A stretch of DNA of 64,000 nt, from assembly GCA_017656135.1 (NCBI GenBank), contig JACDOJ010000002.1, positions 65,120 to 129,119 on the forward strand, in the 5' to 3' direction. Each line of letters begins with the position of its first letter. The first letter of the stretch is position 1. The translations under genes were made by a program, and so were the position numbers. Shown in pieces: positions 27,331 through 37,282 of the stretch. This DNA is from Bacillota bacterium. Lineage in GTDB: Bacteria > Bacillota > UBA5301. Below the pieces are notes generated by a model, which saw nothing but the letters and a program-made list of their open reading frames with translations, was not told the origin of the DNA and made no database searches.

Positions 27331-28563
27331 TTGGAAATAATTATTCAGAAATTTGGTGGTACGTCTCTCAGGACTCCTGAGGAGAGGAAAAAGGCTGTTC
27401 AGATTGTAACCGCAACTCGAAATACCGGATACAGTGTGGTCGTGGTGGTGTCGGCCATTGGCCGCAGCGGGGACCCCTACGCCACCGATACCTTGTTGGA
27501 AATGTTCGCAGAAGGGAGTAAAACAGGCGGCCGGGGAGCCTCCCCTCGGGAGACAGACCTTTTGCTCTCCTGCGGTGAGATTATCTCGGCGACGCTCTTT
27601 GCCGGTCTGTTACAGGCCAGCGGACTTTCGGCTCAGGCCTTAACCGGTGCTCAAGCCGGAATCATCACCGATGACAATTTCGGTAATGCCCACATCATCA
27701 GAATAGTACCAGATCGGGTCTTACAGGCCTTAGAACAAGGTCAAGTGGTTGTGGTGGCCGGTTTTCAGGGGCGCACTGATTCCGGAGAGATCACCACTTT
27801 AGGCCGGGGCGGTAGCGACACCACCGCTGTTGCCTTGGGGGCAGCTCTGAAAGCCAAGCGAGTGGAGATCTTCACCGATGTCTCCGGGATCATGACCGCA
27901 GATCCTAGAATATCCCGGGAGGCCAAACTGCTCAAACGAGTTACCTATCAGGAGGTCGTGGAGTTGGCTCACCTAGGGGCCAAGGTCATTCACCCCCGGG
28001 CGGTGGAGCTGGCCATGGCCGCTGGGCTTGAGCTCTGGATCAAGGGTTTCAATGACGACTCTGAAGGCACTTTGGTCGCAGGCAGCCCTGAACGGGGCGT
28101 GGAGATCCACGGAGACAAGGTGATAACCGGCATTGCCCATATATCCGGTGTGGCTCAGGTGCGGGTGAACTTAAACCCAGAGACGCCCGCTCCCCGCCAG
28201 CATGTGGAGATATTCTCAATTATGGCTAGGCATGATATAAGTGTAGATATCATCAATGTCTTTCCGGATTTAGTGGTCTTCACGGTTCAGGAAAAGGATT
28301 TGGAGACTGCCGATACAGCCTTACGGGAGGCAGGTTACTCCCCTGAATCCCGGGGCGGTTTTGCCAAGGTTTCAGCTGTTGGAGCCGGGATGCGGGGAGT
28401 ACCTGGGGTAATGGCGCGCATCGCTAAGGCCTTGACTGAGGCCGGGGTGGAGATCTTCCAGTCCGTGGACTCTCACGCCAATATCTCCTGTTTGGTGCGG
28501 GAAGATCAGTTAGAAGCAGCTATTCGGGCGCTGCATAAAGAGTTTGCTTTAGCGGGCGATTGA
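27331..28563 (+). CDS. dapG: Aspartate kinase (DapG-like)
   Basis: QKFGGTS, TTLGRGGSDTTA, IMTADP, C-terminal ACT domains; asd-dapG-dapA synteny. Confidence 0.93.
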   Translation: MEIIIQKFGGTSLRTPEERKKAVQIVTATRNTGYSVVVVVSAIGRSGDPYATDTLLEMFAEGSKTGGRGASPRETDLLLSCGEIISATLFAGLLQASGLSAQALTGAQAGIITDDNFGNAHIIRIVPDRVLQALEQGQVVVVAGFQGRTDSGEITTLGRGGSDTTAVALGAALKAKRVEIFTDVSGIMTADPRISREAKLLKRVTYQEVVELAHLGAKVIHPRAVELAMAAGLELWIKGFNDDSEGTLVAGSPERGVEIHGDKVITGIAHISGVAQVRVNLNPETPAPRQHVEIFSIMARHDISVDIINVFPDLVVFTVQEKDLETADTALREAGYSPESRGGFAKVSAVGAGMRGVPGVMARIAKALTEAGVEIFQSVDSHANISCLVREDQLEAAIRALHKEFALAGD

Positions 28564-28592
28564 TTTGCCTGATTTTTGGGGAGGTCGTTAAG

Positions 28593-29477
28593 ATGAATGA
28601 TTTGGGCGTTGTATTGACAGCCATGGTGACGCCGTTCAAGGAGGATGGGAGAGTCAATTACGAGGTCGCGGCTAACTTAGCCCAAGAGCTGGTAGCCAAT
28701 GGCAGTGATGGCTTGGTGGTTTCCGGCACCACTGGGGAGTCCCCGACCCTCACTGAGGAAGAGAAGCTCAAGCTGTTCTCGGCGGTTGTGGAAGCTGTAG
28801 GCGGCAAGGCCACGGTCATCGCCGGTACCGGTTCCTACTCCACCAAAGAGAGCGTCAAACTCACCACCTTGAGCGAGAAGACCGGGGTAGACGGGGTGAT
28901 GTGCGTCAGCCCCTACTATAACAAGCCCACTCAGGAGGGGCTCTACCGACACTTCAAGGCGATAGCCGAGAGCACCACCCTCCCGGTGATCATTTACAAT
29001 GTTCCCGGTCGTACCGGGGTTAACGTGGAACCTGACACGGTGATACGCCTGGCCAGGGATGTAAGCAACGTGGTTGCGGTTAAAGAAGCCAGCGGAAACC
29101 TGGATCAGGTGGCCAAGATTCGCCGGGAGGCACCGTCTTCCTTCCTCATCTACAGCGGGGAAGACCACTTGACCCTGCCGATTCTGGCCGTCGGCGGTCA
29201 CGGTGTCATCAGCGTTGCTTCTCACTTGGTGGGTTCGGAAATCAAGGAAATGTGCACTGCTTATGCCCGGGGAGACGTGAAGCGGGCTCAAGATATCCAT
29301 CTGCGTCTTTGGCCTTTGTTCAAAGCTCTCTTCGTTCGGACCAACCCAATTCCGGTGAAGATGGCTTTGAAGATGCTCGGATTTGAGGTGGGTGGTTTCC
29401 GCTTGCCCCTTTGTGAAGTCAGTGAGGCCGAAATTGCGCCAGTCAAAGCGGAGCTGAAGTCATTGGGTTTGCTATAA
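28593..29477 (+). CDS. dapA: 4-hydroxy-tetrahydrodipicolinate synthase
   Basis: GTTGESPTL, PYYNKP, YNVPGRTG, VKEASG, TNPIPVK. Confidence 0.97.
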   Translation: MNDLGVVLTAMVTPFKEDGRVNYEVAANLAQELVANGSDGLVVSGTTGESPTLTEEEKLKLFSAVVEAVGGKATVIAGTGSYSTKESVKLTTLSEKTGVDGVMCVSPYYNKPTQEGLYRHFKAIAESTTLPVIIYNVPGRTGVNVEPDTVIRLARDVSNVVAVKEASGNLDQVAKIRREAPSSFLIYSGEDHLTLPILAVGGHGVISVASHLVGSEIKEMCTAYARGDVKRAQDIHLRLWPLFKALFVRTNPIPVKMALKMLGFEVGGFRLPLCEVSEAEIAPVKAELKSLGLL

Positions 29478-29505
29478 ACACTGTTCTTTTAGGAGGTAAT
29501 AGTGA

Positions 29506-31173
29506 TTGGGCAAGAAAAAGAATAGGCTACGGGTCATTCCCCTAGGAGGTCTAGGGGAAATCGGCAAAAACATGACGGTGATTGAATACGGCAATGACAT
29601 CATTATCATCGACGCTGGTTTGGCTTTCCCCGATGATGAACTCTTAGGAATCGACCTGGTTATTCCTGATTTTACTTATGTTTTGGAGAACAAGGATAAG
29701 GTTCGGGCCATCTTTTTGACCCACGGTCATGAGGACCACATCGGTGCCCTGCCCTATCTCCTGCAGCACCTGGATGTGCCGGTCTACGGTCCCAGGTTGG
29801 CGCTGGGGCTGGTCGAAGGCAAACTGGCCGAACTGGCTTCTTCCTTGAAACCCGAGTTGCGGGAGGTTACCCCGCAGCAGAGGGTTACAGCCGGCTGCTT
29901 TAAACTGGAGTTTATCAGGGTAAATCACTCTATCGCTGATGCCGTGGCCTTGGCCATTGAAACACCCATCGGATACATCGTACACTCCGGAGACTTCAAA
30001 TTTGACCAGACTCCAATTGACGGGGAAGTCACCCAGTTCCACCGGTTTGCCTACTATGGGGACAAGGGTGTGCTTTTGCTTTTATCGGATAGCACCAATG
30101 CTGAAAGGCCAGGTTATACTTTGTCTGAACGGGAAGTAGGTAAGTCCCTGGACGAAACCTTCCGGACCGCTCGGCAGCGGATCATCGTGGCCACTTTCGC
30201 CTCTAATATTCACCGGGTCCAGCAGATCTTGGACATGGCCGAAAAATACGGCCGTAAAGTGGCGGTTGTCGGCCGGAGCATGGTCAACGTCTTTAACATC
30301 GCCCGGGATTTGGGTTACCTTAGAGTTCCCAAAGGTCTGGAAATGGATCTCAACAAGATTGACAACATTCCCCCGGAACGCCAGGTGATTATCTCCACCG
30401 GCAGCCAGGGTGAGCCGATGTCTGCCTTAAGCCGGATGGCCAACAATGATCACCGCAAGGTTTCCATCGTTTCTGGAGATACGGTGGTTATTTCCGCTAT
30501 TCCCATCCCTGGTAACGAAAAATTGGTGGCCAGAACGGTGAACCACCTGTACGAGTTGGGGGCCAACGTTATCTACGAGTCCAGCTCCGGAATCCACGTC
30601 TCCGGACACGCCAGCCAAGAGGAGCTGAAGATGATGCTCAACCTGGTCCGGCCCAAGTACTTCGTACCTGTCCACGGCGAGAGCAGGCACCTATACAAAC
30701 ACGCTGAGCTGGCCGAACTCGTTGGGATACCCCGGAAGAATATTTTTGTCCTAAAAAATGGACAGGTCCTGGAGATCGATAAGGAGAGCGCCAAGATTAC
30801 AACTAAGGTTGCCACCGGCCAAGTACTGGTGGACGGTTTGGGCGTCGGTGACGTGGGTAATGTGGTGCTCCGGGACCGCAGGGTCCTTTCCCAGGACGGC
30901 ATCCTGATTGTGGTGGTGACTACCGACAAGGAAAGCGGCAAGATCGTCGCCGGTCCGGATATCATCTCTCGGGGCTTTGTTTACGTTCGGGAGTCCGAAG
31001 CTCTCCTGGAGGAGGCCCGGGAAAAGGTGAAAAAGGCTCTGGAAAGCTTCAACGAAGAGGAACTCAAAGAGTGGTCAGTGCTGAAACGCCGGACCAAAGA
31101 AGTCTTGGATTCCTTCCTTTGGGAGCGGACCAAGAGACGCCCGATGATTATGCCGATTATTACGGAGGTTTAG
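29506..31173 (+). CDS. rnj: Ribonuclease J
   Basis: GGLGEIGKN, THGHEDHIG, HVSGHAS, PVHGE. Confidence 0.97.
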   Translation: MGKKKNRLRVIPLGGLGEIGKNMTVIEYGNDIIIIDAGLAFPDDELLGIDLVIPDFTYVLENKDKVRAIFLTHGHEDHIGALPYLLQHLDVPVYGPRLALGLVEGKLAELASSLKPELREVTPQQRVTAGCFKLEFIRVNHSIADAVALAIETPIGYIVHSGDFKFDQTPIDGEVTQFHRFAYYGDKGVLLLLSDSTNAERPGYTLSEREVGKSLDETFRTARQRIIVATFASNIHRVQQILDMAEKYGRKVAVVGRSMVNVFNIARDLGYLRVPKGLEMDLNKIDNIPPERQVIISTGSQGEPMSALSRMANNDHRKVSIVSGDTVVISAIPIPGNEKLVARTVNHLYELGANVIYESSSGIHVSGHASQEELKMMLNLVRPKYFVPVHGESRHLYKHAELAELVGIPRKNIFVLKNGQVLEIDKESAKITTKVATGQVLVDGLGVGDVGNVVLRDRRVLSQDGILIVVVTTDKESGKIVAGPDIISRGFVYVRESEALLEEAREKVKKALESFNEEELKEWSVLKRRTKEVLDSFLWERTKRRPMIMPIITEV

Positions 31174-31185
31174 CAGGCTAGAAGG

Positions 31186-31215
31186 GAATTGTTCGGCTTC
31201 AAATACTCCATACTA
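31186..31215 (+). promoter_or_regulatory. Putative SigG promoter of tepA-ylzJ
   Basis: GAATT, 18 bp, CATACTA. Confidence 0.55.
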
Positions 31216-31244
31216 AAGTTATGACTTGGTATGGAGGTAAGAAA

Positions 31245-32081
31245 ATGGATAAATTACGAGTGGAGAGCGAAGCGGCTCCTGGCGAACAGAAGGAGGCTAA
31301 GGATGAGGCCCAGAAGCAGCAGGCGACCCTGCAGGGCCTGAAACAGATGGGGCAGATGCCGGTAAGCCCTCCTCAGGAGCCGATGATTCACGCTGTTCCC
31401 ATCATCGGACAGATCGAAGGTCATTTGGTCATGCCTCCGAAGAACAAGACCACCAAGTATGAGCATATTCTGCCCCAGTTGGTTGCCATTGAGCAGAACC
31501 CGAAGATCAAAGGGGTGCTCTTCATGCTCAACACGGTTGGCGGAGACATTGAAGCCGGTTTGGCCATAGCAGAGATGATTCGGACTCTCTCCAAGCCTAC
31601 AGTCTCGCTGGTCTTAGGTGGGGGGCACTCCATCGGCATACCTATTGCGGTGGCGGCTGACCGGTCCTACATTGCCGAATCGGCTACCATGACCATCCAT
31701 CCTGTCCGTCTCACGGGGATGGTGATCTCAGTCCCCCAGACCTACGAGTACCTGGAGAAGATGCAGGATCGGATCGTCCATTTTATTGTGAAGAACTCCC
31801 GCATCACCGAAGAGAGGCTCAGGGAACTGATGTTCAGGTCGGGGGAGCTGATGCGGGATATCGGCACGGTTCTGGTGGGCAGAGAGGCTGTCAGAGAGGG
31901 GCTTATTGACCAAGCCGGCGGTGTAGGCGAAGCTATGGACTGTCTCTGGTCCCTCATTGCCCAGGCAGAAGAGGGGGCCGGTCGGGAAAGAGATAAACGA
32001 GGTGAAGATAAATATGCTCTACACAATCGTTCCGGAAGAAATCGTGTTAGAGGGTATCGACGAAGAGTACCCCGCTATTAA
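31245..32081 (+). CDS. tepA: TepA (ClpP-like spore protease)
   Basis: [37 protein letters not shown]. Confidence 0.93.
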   Translation: MDKLRVESEAAPGEQKEAKDEAQKQQATLQGLKQMGQMPVSPPQEPMIHAVPIIGQIEGHLVMPPKNKTTKYEHILPQLVAIEQNPKIKGVLFMLNTVGGDIEAGLAIAEMIRTLSKPTVSLVLGGGHSIGIPIAVAADRSYIAESATMTIHPVRLTGMVISVPQTYEYLEKMQDRIVHFIVKNSRITEERLRELMFRSGELMRDIGTVLVGREAVREGLIDQAGGVGEAMDCLWSLIAQAEEGAGRERDKRGEDKYALHNRSGRNRVRGYRRRVPRY

Positions 32082-32223
32082 GGAAATTGTGCACCAGGGC
32101 GTGCTGGTTCAGGTGACCCAGTCCGGGGAAGACCTGGTGATCCAAAGGGTCATCAGCTCCAATCCCCAGGATTATCTCAGGCCGGACCTGATGCCGGGCA
32201 CGGTAATCAGCGCGAAGTATTGA
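32014..32223 (+). CDS. ylzJ: YlzJ-like protein
   Basis: [19 protein letters not shown]...PG; follows tepA; GAGGTG RBS. Confidence 0.9.
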   Translation: MLYTIVPEEIVLEGIDEEYPAIKEIVHQGVLVQVTQSGEDLVIQRVISSNPQDYLRPDLMPGTVISAKY

Positions 32224-32229
32224 CCACTT

Positions 32230-32258
32230 AGGGCGGTCATTAAGGCCGCTCCTTTTTC
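32230..32258 (+). terminator. Intrinsic terminator
   Basis: GGGCGGTC...GGCCGCTC stem followed by CTTTTT. Confidence 0.65.
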
Positions 32259-32276
32259 ATATCCCTAGAGAAGGAA

Positions 32277-33257
32277 GTGGGGAAGCGAGGAAAAGGAGTG
32301 GCCATACTGGGTTACGTCCTGCTGGGGGCAGGAGGCTTTTTTTTAGGACTCAAGACCCTTTCCGGAGCTCTGGAAGGGCTCTTCAGCCAGAATTTCCGGC
32401 GCAAGCTGGGAGGAGCGGCCAGGGAGCATCTCTGGCAGGTTTTTCTGGTCTCCATTGTCTTTGCCGGACTGGTACAATCGAGCAGCGCCGTCACAGTCAT
32501 TGGGGTCTGCCTGGTTAACGCCGGTGTCTTAAGTCTAACTGATGCCGTGGCTCTGACCCTGGGAGCTAATATCGGGACGACGGTTACCTCCCAGCTCATC
32601 AGCTTCCCCTTGCGCCGGTGTATCCCCTGGCTGTTTCTGGTGGGTTTACCGGTAGCTTTCTGGGGCTTTGCTACCAAAAGAAAAGGCCGCCGGGTCTACC
32701 TGGTTGGCTTGACCCTGTTAGGATTGGGTCTTCTCTTCACCGGGTTCGAGCTGCTTCAGTATGCTCTAGGCCAGGCTGCCAGGAGCACAGAGTACTTTCG
32801 GGCTTGTTTGCGGTGGGCATCGACCGGGCCTGGGGAAGGTTTCACCGCTGGGCTGGTGGGGACAGGAGTGCTGCAGAGCAGTTCTCTGTTTATGGCTTCG
32901 ATCATCTCTTTGGCTAACCAGGGTGCCATTTCATTTACTGCTGCCTTCTTTGCCATGTTAGGCAGCAACATCGGCACTTCTTTTACTACCCTTTTAGCTG
33001 GGCTGGGAGCCTCCAGGGCAGGGAAGGCCGCTTCTCTGGCCAATTTGAGTTTCAACATTTTGAGTGTCTTGTTGATCCTGCCGTTCTGGTACTTACTTGC
33101 CACCTGGGCCCAAGGGAGCAGTTCCGTGCCTGGAAGACAGCTGGCCAACGCCCACACGGCCTTCAATGTTATCACCGCAGTGGCAGTACTGCCACTCGCC
33201 CCGGCGCTGGCAGGGTTTTTAGGGAAAATTACTAATCTACACACACGGGAGGATTAG
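32277..33257 (+). CDS. Na/Pi cotransporter family protein (short, YqeW-like, no PhoU domain)
   Basis: Two repeats: QSSSAVT..GANIGTT and QSSS..GSNIGTS; ANAHTAFN. Confidence 0.88.
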   Translation: MGKRGKGVAILGYVLLGAGGFFLGLKTLSGALEGLFSQNFRRKLGGAAREHLWQVFLVSIVFAGLVQSSSAVTVIGVCLVNAGVLSLTDAVALTLGANIGTTVTSQLISFPLRRCIPWLFLVGLPVAFWGFATKRKGRRVYLVGLTLLGLGLLFTGFELLQYALGQAARSTEYFRACLRWASTGPGEGFTAGLVGTGVLQSSSLFMASIISLANQGAISFTAAFFAMLGSNIGTSFTTLLAGLGASRAGKAASLANLSFNILSVLLILPFWYLLATWAQGSSSVPGRQLANAHTAFNVITAVAVLPLAPALAGFLGKITNLHTRED

Positions 33258-33260
33258 GAA

Positions 33261-34031
33261 ATGCAGATCTGGGAAGCCATCTTACTAGGAATCATCCAGG
33301 GATTGACGGAGTTTTTGCCGGTGAGCAGCTCAGGCCATCTGGTCATCTTTCAGGACTTGTTAGGAGTGGCTCAAAGCGGGGTCACCTTTGAAGTGGCGGT
33401 TCACGTTGGCACTGCTTTGGCGGTGGCTTTTTACTTCCGCAATCACCTCTGGCAGATACTCAAGAACCTGCGCCTTTTATCCCTGCTGGTGGTAGCCTCA
33501 ATCCCTGCAGCCGTCCTGGGAATTTTTGCTGAAGACTTTTTGACCGGGCTTTTTTCCCAGACCCTAGTGGTCGGGGTGGCCCTTTTATTCACTGGAGGCA
33601 TACTCTGGTATGCCGAGAAAAAGACCAGGCAGGATGCTTCCTCCAAAAATTTTCCCGAACTCTCTTACGCCGACGCCTTCTTTATCGGTTTCGGTCAGGC
33701 ACTGGCCATTGTTCCGGGGATAAGCCGCTCTGGCTCGACTATCTCTGCTGGGCTCTTTCGCGATGTCCGGCGGGAGACGGCGGCGGAGTTTTCTTTTTTA
33801 ATGAGTGTGCCGGTCATTCTGGGTGCCGCTCTTTTGGAACTCCCTAATTTGGAGGCGGCAAGCGCCGGTCTGTCTTTGGGCCCGGTTGTGGTAGGGACCG
33901 TTTTTTCCTTTCTCTCGGGACTTTTTGCCATCTACTTTTTGCTTGCAGTCATCCGTCGCTACAGCCTCACTTACTTTTCCTACTACACCTGGTTTTTAGG
34001 GGCCATCGTGATCCTCTTAAATCTACTCTAG
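33261..34031 (+). CDS. uppP: Undecaprenyl-diphosphate phosphatase
   Basis: QGLTEFLPVSSSGH, PGISRSGSTI, AEFSFL. Confidence 0.96.
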   Translation: MQIWEAILLGIIQGLTEFLPVSSSGHLVIFQDLLGVAQSGVTFEVAVHVGTALAVAFYFRNHLWQILKNLRLLSLLVVASIPAAVLGIFAEDFLTGLFSQTLVVGVALLFTGGILWYAEKKTRQDASSKNFPELSYADAFFIGFGQALAIVPGISRSGSTISAGLFRDVRRETAAEFSFLMSVPVILGAALLELPNLEAASAGLSLGPVVVGTVFSFLSGLFAIYFLLAVIRRYSLTYFSYYTWFLGAIVILLNLL

Positions 34032-34043
34032 AGGCAAATAATG

Positions 34044-34070
34044 GCAGGAGTGCCAGGGGGAAACCGGAAT
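34044..34070 (+). promoter_or_regulatory. Putative SigH promoter
   Basis: GCAGGA, 17 bp, GAAT. Confidence 0.55.
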
Positions 34071-34104
34071 ATATATCACTGAAACCTATTTGGAGGTGGA
34101 TGTG

Positions 34105-34746
34105 ATGTTTGTCAAAGATAAAATGTCCACGGACCTGGTGACAGTCTCCCCGGAGACCAACATCTTAGATGCTCTGGAACTGATGAGGAAGAACAACATT
34201 CGTCGTTTACCGGTAGTAGAAGGAGATAAGTTAGTAGGAATGGTGACGGAGATGGACCTGGTGAGGCTCTCTCCATCCCCAGCCACCTCGTTAAGTGTAT
34301 TTGAGCTCAATTACTTATTGGCCAAGACCAAGGTCAAAGATGCGATGACAGCCAACCCCATCACAGTCGACTCCGAGGCTACCGTGGAGGAAGCCGCCCT
34401 GATCATGCGGACGAACCAGATCGGAGGTCTGCCAGTAGTCCACAACGGCAAACTGGTGGGGATTATTACTGAGACAAATATTTTTGATGCCTTCATTGAA
34501 TCCATGGGCCTACGGCGGGCCGGCACCAGGATCGCCATCGATGTGGAAGACCACCCTGGAGTCCTGGCCGATATCACTCAGGTCATCTACAAATCGGGCA
34601 TTGACATCATCACCTTAGCCACCTTCTCCGGAGAAGAGGGCAAGGCCCGGATTGTGGTGAGACTCGCGGTGGATTCAGCTGATCAGCTCATCAAGGAGCT
34701 GGAAAGTCACGGCTACAAGGTAGCCCACGTGGCCAACCTGCACTGA
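34105..34746 (+). CDS. CBS-pair + ACT domain protein (AcuB-like)
   Basis: Two CBS domains, SPSPATSLSVFELNYLL linker, C-terminal ACT (EDHPGVLADI). Confidence 0.88.
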   Translation: MFVKDKMSTDLVTVSPETNILDALELMRKNNIRRLPVVEGDKLVGMVTEMDLVRLSPSPATSLSVFELNYLLAKTKVKDAMTANPITVDSEATVEEAALIMRTNQIGGLPVVHNGKLVGIITETNIFDAFIESMGLRRAGTRIAIDVEDHPGVLADITQVIYKSGIDIITLATFSGEEGKARIVVRLAVDSADQLIKELESHGYKVAHVANLH

Positions 34747-34753
34747 AAGGCTC

Positions 34754-34786
34754 GGGCCTCGGAGCTTCTCCGGGGCCTGCTTCTTA
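34754..34786 (+). terminator. Probable terminator hairpin
   Basis: GGGCCTCGGAG-CTT-CTCCGGGGCCT followed by a weak U tract. Confidence 0.55.
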
Positions 34787-34854
34787 CGGAGGACAGGAAA
34801 TGGTAAACTCAGTGTAGAATTTCTTTAAGACCACCAATAAAGGTAGAGAAGTCC

Positions 34855-35922
34855 ATGGCTCCAAAGAAACCAAGCCTAAAACGACGTCGTGTACGTGCCT
34901 TAATTGGTCTTGCAGTAGCTTTAGTTTTCATCATTGCTTTGGTGGGATGGGGGGTCACTCTGGACTGGCGGGCCCTCAAACCTTCGGTGCCGGCCAGGTA
35001 CGGGCGGGTAGAGACCGCCTATTCCGGTACTGCTTTGGCCCTTAGAAAGGAACAAGTAGTTTACTCTCCTCTTACCGGTGAGGTCGATCAGTATGTTTCT
35101 GAGGGTACTCGGGTTCCCGCCGGAAAAGTGGTGGTCAAGGTAACAGATGAGGCTGCAAGGAGTACACTGATTAGTGAACGGGAATCCTTAGAGCGTCGCT
35201 TGATCGACCTTTCCAGCCGCAACCCCTTCAATAAGACGGATCTTGTTTCCCAAGAGCTTTCTCCGGAGGAGAAAGCAGTTCGGGAAGAGTTGGAAAAGGT
35301 CACCAGGGAGTTGGAGAGCTGCCAGGCGGAGGTCGTTTCCCCGATAGCCGGGATTATCGCCTACCGAATCGACGGCCTGGAGAGCCCGGGGCCGGAAGTT
35401 GCCATCAGTAACCTGCTTAATCTGGAGAAGGAGCTTTCAACTTTTCCCCAGATTCCGGCCAGAACAACGCCGACTGTAAGACACCGCCAGGTACAGTTGG
35501 ACAAACCCTTGTTCAAAGTCGTTGATAGCCTGCAGTTTTGGGTTGTAGCTGATCTACCGCCAGGTGTGGAGTTGACTCGCGGTCAAAGGGTCCAGGTTCG
35601 CTTCTTTGAACGGCCGAACCGGAGAATTGCGGCCGAGGTGAGGCAGGTAGTTTCCAACCCTGAGTACACCAGGGTGGTTTTGTTTTTCCAAGATTATCAA
35701 GATTTTTTCACCGAGATGCGCTGGACGGAAGTTACTGTGATTACCTCCTACCATGAAGGTGTTATCGTTCCGGTAGAGGCCTTGCACCAGGAGGATGGTG
35801 TCTGCGGTGTCTATGTCAAGGGGATAGGCGGGGTGGTCTTCAAACCGGTGGAAGTCATCGGGCAAGACCAAGAAAGCGCTGTCGTAGACGGTTTGGCCGA
35901 AGGGTCTCGGGTAATCTTGTAA
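34855..35922 (+). CDS. Putative membrane-fusion (HlyD-like) adaptor protein
   Basis: N-terminal TM, split lipoyl-like halves (VYSPLTG..VSEGTRV; VVSPIAG) around a coiled coil, C-terminal GVIVPVEAL; SigH-like AGGA-18-GAAT upstream. Confidence 0.75.
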   Translation: MAPKKPSLKRRRVRALIGLAVALVFIIALVGWGVTLDWRALKPSVPARYGRVETAYSGTALALRKEQVVYSPLTGEVDQYVSEGTRVPAGKVVVKVTDEAARSTLISERESLERRLIDLSSRNPFNKTDLVSQELSPEEKAVREELEKVTRELESCQAEVVSPIAGIIAYRIDGLESPGPEVAISNLLNLEKELSTFPQIPARTTPTVRHRQVQLDKPLFKVVDSLQFWVVADLPPGVELTRGQRVQVRFFERPNRRIAAEVRQVVSNPEYTRVVLFFQDYQDFFTEMRWTEVTVITSYHEGVIVPVEALHQEDGVCGVYVKGIGGVVFKPVEVIGQDQESAVVDGLAEGSRVIL

Positions 35923-35943
35923 CCGTAGGCGGAGGGGAAATAA

Positions 35944-37269
35944 GTGAAAAAGACTTTTGTTCTGGATACCAGTGTTTTGCTGCATGATCCGCAAGCCCTA
36001 TTTTACTTTGAAGATAATGATGTGGTAATCCCCATTGCGGTCATCGAGGAGATCGACGGGCACAAACGCAAATCCGACCAGATTGGCCGGAGCGCCCGCA
36101 TGGTTTCCCGCTATTTAGATGAGCTGCGCAGCAAAGGGCATCTCAACGAGGGTGTGGACAACGGCCAGGGGGGGATGCTGAAAATCGAGCTCAACCACCA
36201 GGAGCTGGAGGGGCTTCCCTTTGGTTTGGACCGAGTCAAGAACGACAACCGGATTTTGGCGGTGGCCCTCAGTCTACAAAAGGACGAGCGCTGTCAGAAA
36301 CCGGTTATCTTGGTCTCCAAGGACATCAACATGCGGGTTAAGGCGGATGCCCTCGGGCTTTTAGCCGAAGACTACGAGACCAACAAAGTTAACATCGATG
36401 AACTCTACCCCGGCTTTGAAACGGTCTTGGTGGCCCCTGAGAAGGTCAATGAGTTTTATCAACAAGGCTGGCTGTCTTTGGCGGACCTTGGAGGTAGGTA
36501 CTACGCCAATCAGTTTATCATGCTGCAGGACAACGCCGGCCAGTCCCAAACCGCTCTCGGCAGGGTCGATGTCGGGCAAAAACGCCTTTTGCCTTTGAGA
36601 CATCCCAACGCGGACTTATCCGGCATCAGGGCCAGGAACCGAGAGCAGAAGTTTGCCATCGAGGCTTTACTGGATGACGACATTCAACTGGTAACTCTGG
36701 TGGGGCAGGCCGGGACCGGGAAGACTCTGCTGGCCTTGGCAGCAGGAATTGAAAAGGTATTGGAAGAGAAGAAATACCGCAAATTACTGGTCACCCGGCC
36801 GGTAGTGCCCCTGGGTAATGACATCGGTTTCCTGCCGGGAGATGTGGAGGAAAAGCTCCGGCCTTGGATGCAGCCTTTATATGACAACCTGGAGCTGATC
36901 TTTGGCAATCGGGACCGCCAGGAAAAGCTGGATGCCTATATTAATCACCTCCAGGATTTGGATATACTAGATATTGAGGCCCTCACCTACATTCGCGGCC
37001 GATCTATCCCAGGTCAGTACTTCATCTTGGATGAGGCGCAAAACCTCACCCCCCACGAGGTCAAAACGGTGATTACCAGGGTGGGAGAGGGGACTAAAAT
37101 TGTATTGACCGGGGATCCCTACCAAATCGATAACCCCTACCTGGACGCCAACAGTAACGGACTTACCTACGTGGTGGAGCGGTTCAAGGATTACCAGGGC
37201 GCAGCCCACATCACGCTGACCAAAGGTGAGCGTTCAGCCCTGGCTGAGATGGCAGCAGAACTTCTGTAG
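35944..37269 (+). CDS. PIN-PhoH family protein (YlaK/PhoH2-like)
   Basis: PIN: FVLDTSVLLHDP, NDNRIL, SKDINMR. PhoH: GQAGTGKT, YIRGRS, DEAQN, GDPYQID. Confidence 0.93.
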   Translation: MKKTFVLDTSVLLHDPQALFYFEDNDVVIPIAVIEEIDGHKRKSDQIGRSARMVSRYLDELRSKGHLNEGVDNGQGGMLKIELNHQELEGLPFGLDRVKNDNRILAVALSLQKDERCQKPVILVSKDINMRVKADALGLLAEDYETNKVNIDELYPGFETVLVAPEKVNEFYQQGWLSLADLGGRYYANQFIMLQDNAGQSQTALGRVDVGQKRLLPLRHPNADLSGIRARNREQKFAIEALLDDDIQLVTLVGQAGTGKTLLALAAGIEKVLEEKKYRKLLVTRPVVPLGNDIGFLPGDVEEKLRPWMQPLYDNLELIFGNRDRQEKLDAYINHLQDLDILDIEALTYIRGRSIPGQYFILDEAQNLTPHEVKTVITRVGEGTKIVLTGDPYQIDNPYLDANSNGLTYVVERFKDYQGAAHITLTKGERSALAEMAAELL

Positions 37270-37282
37270 TGAGGTAGAGATA

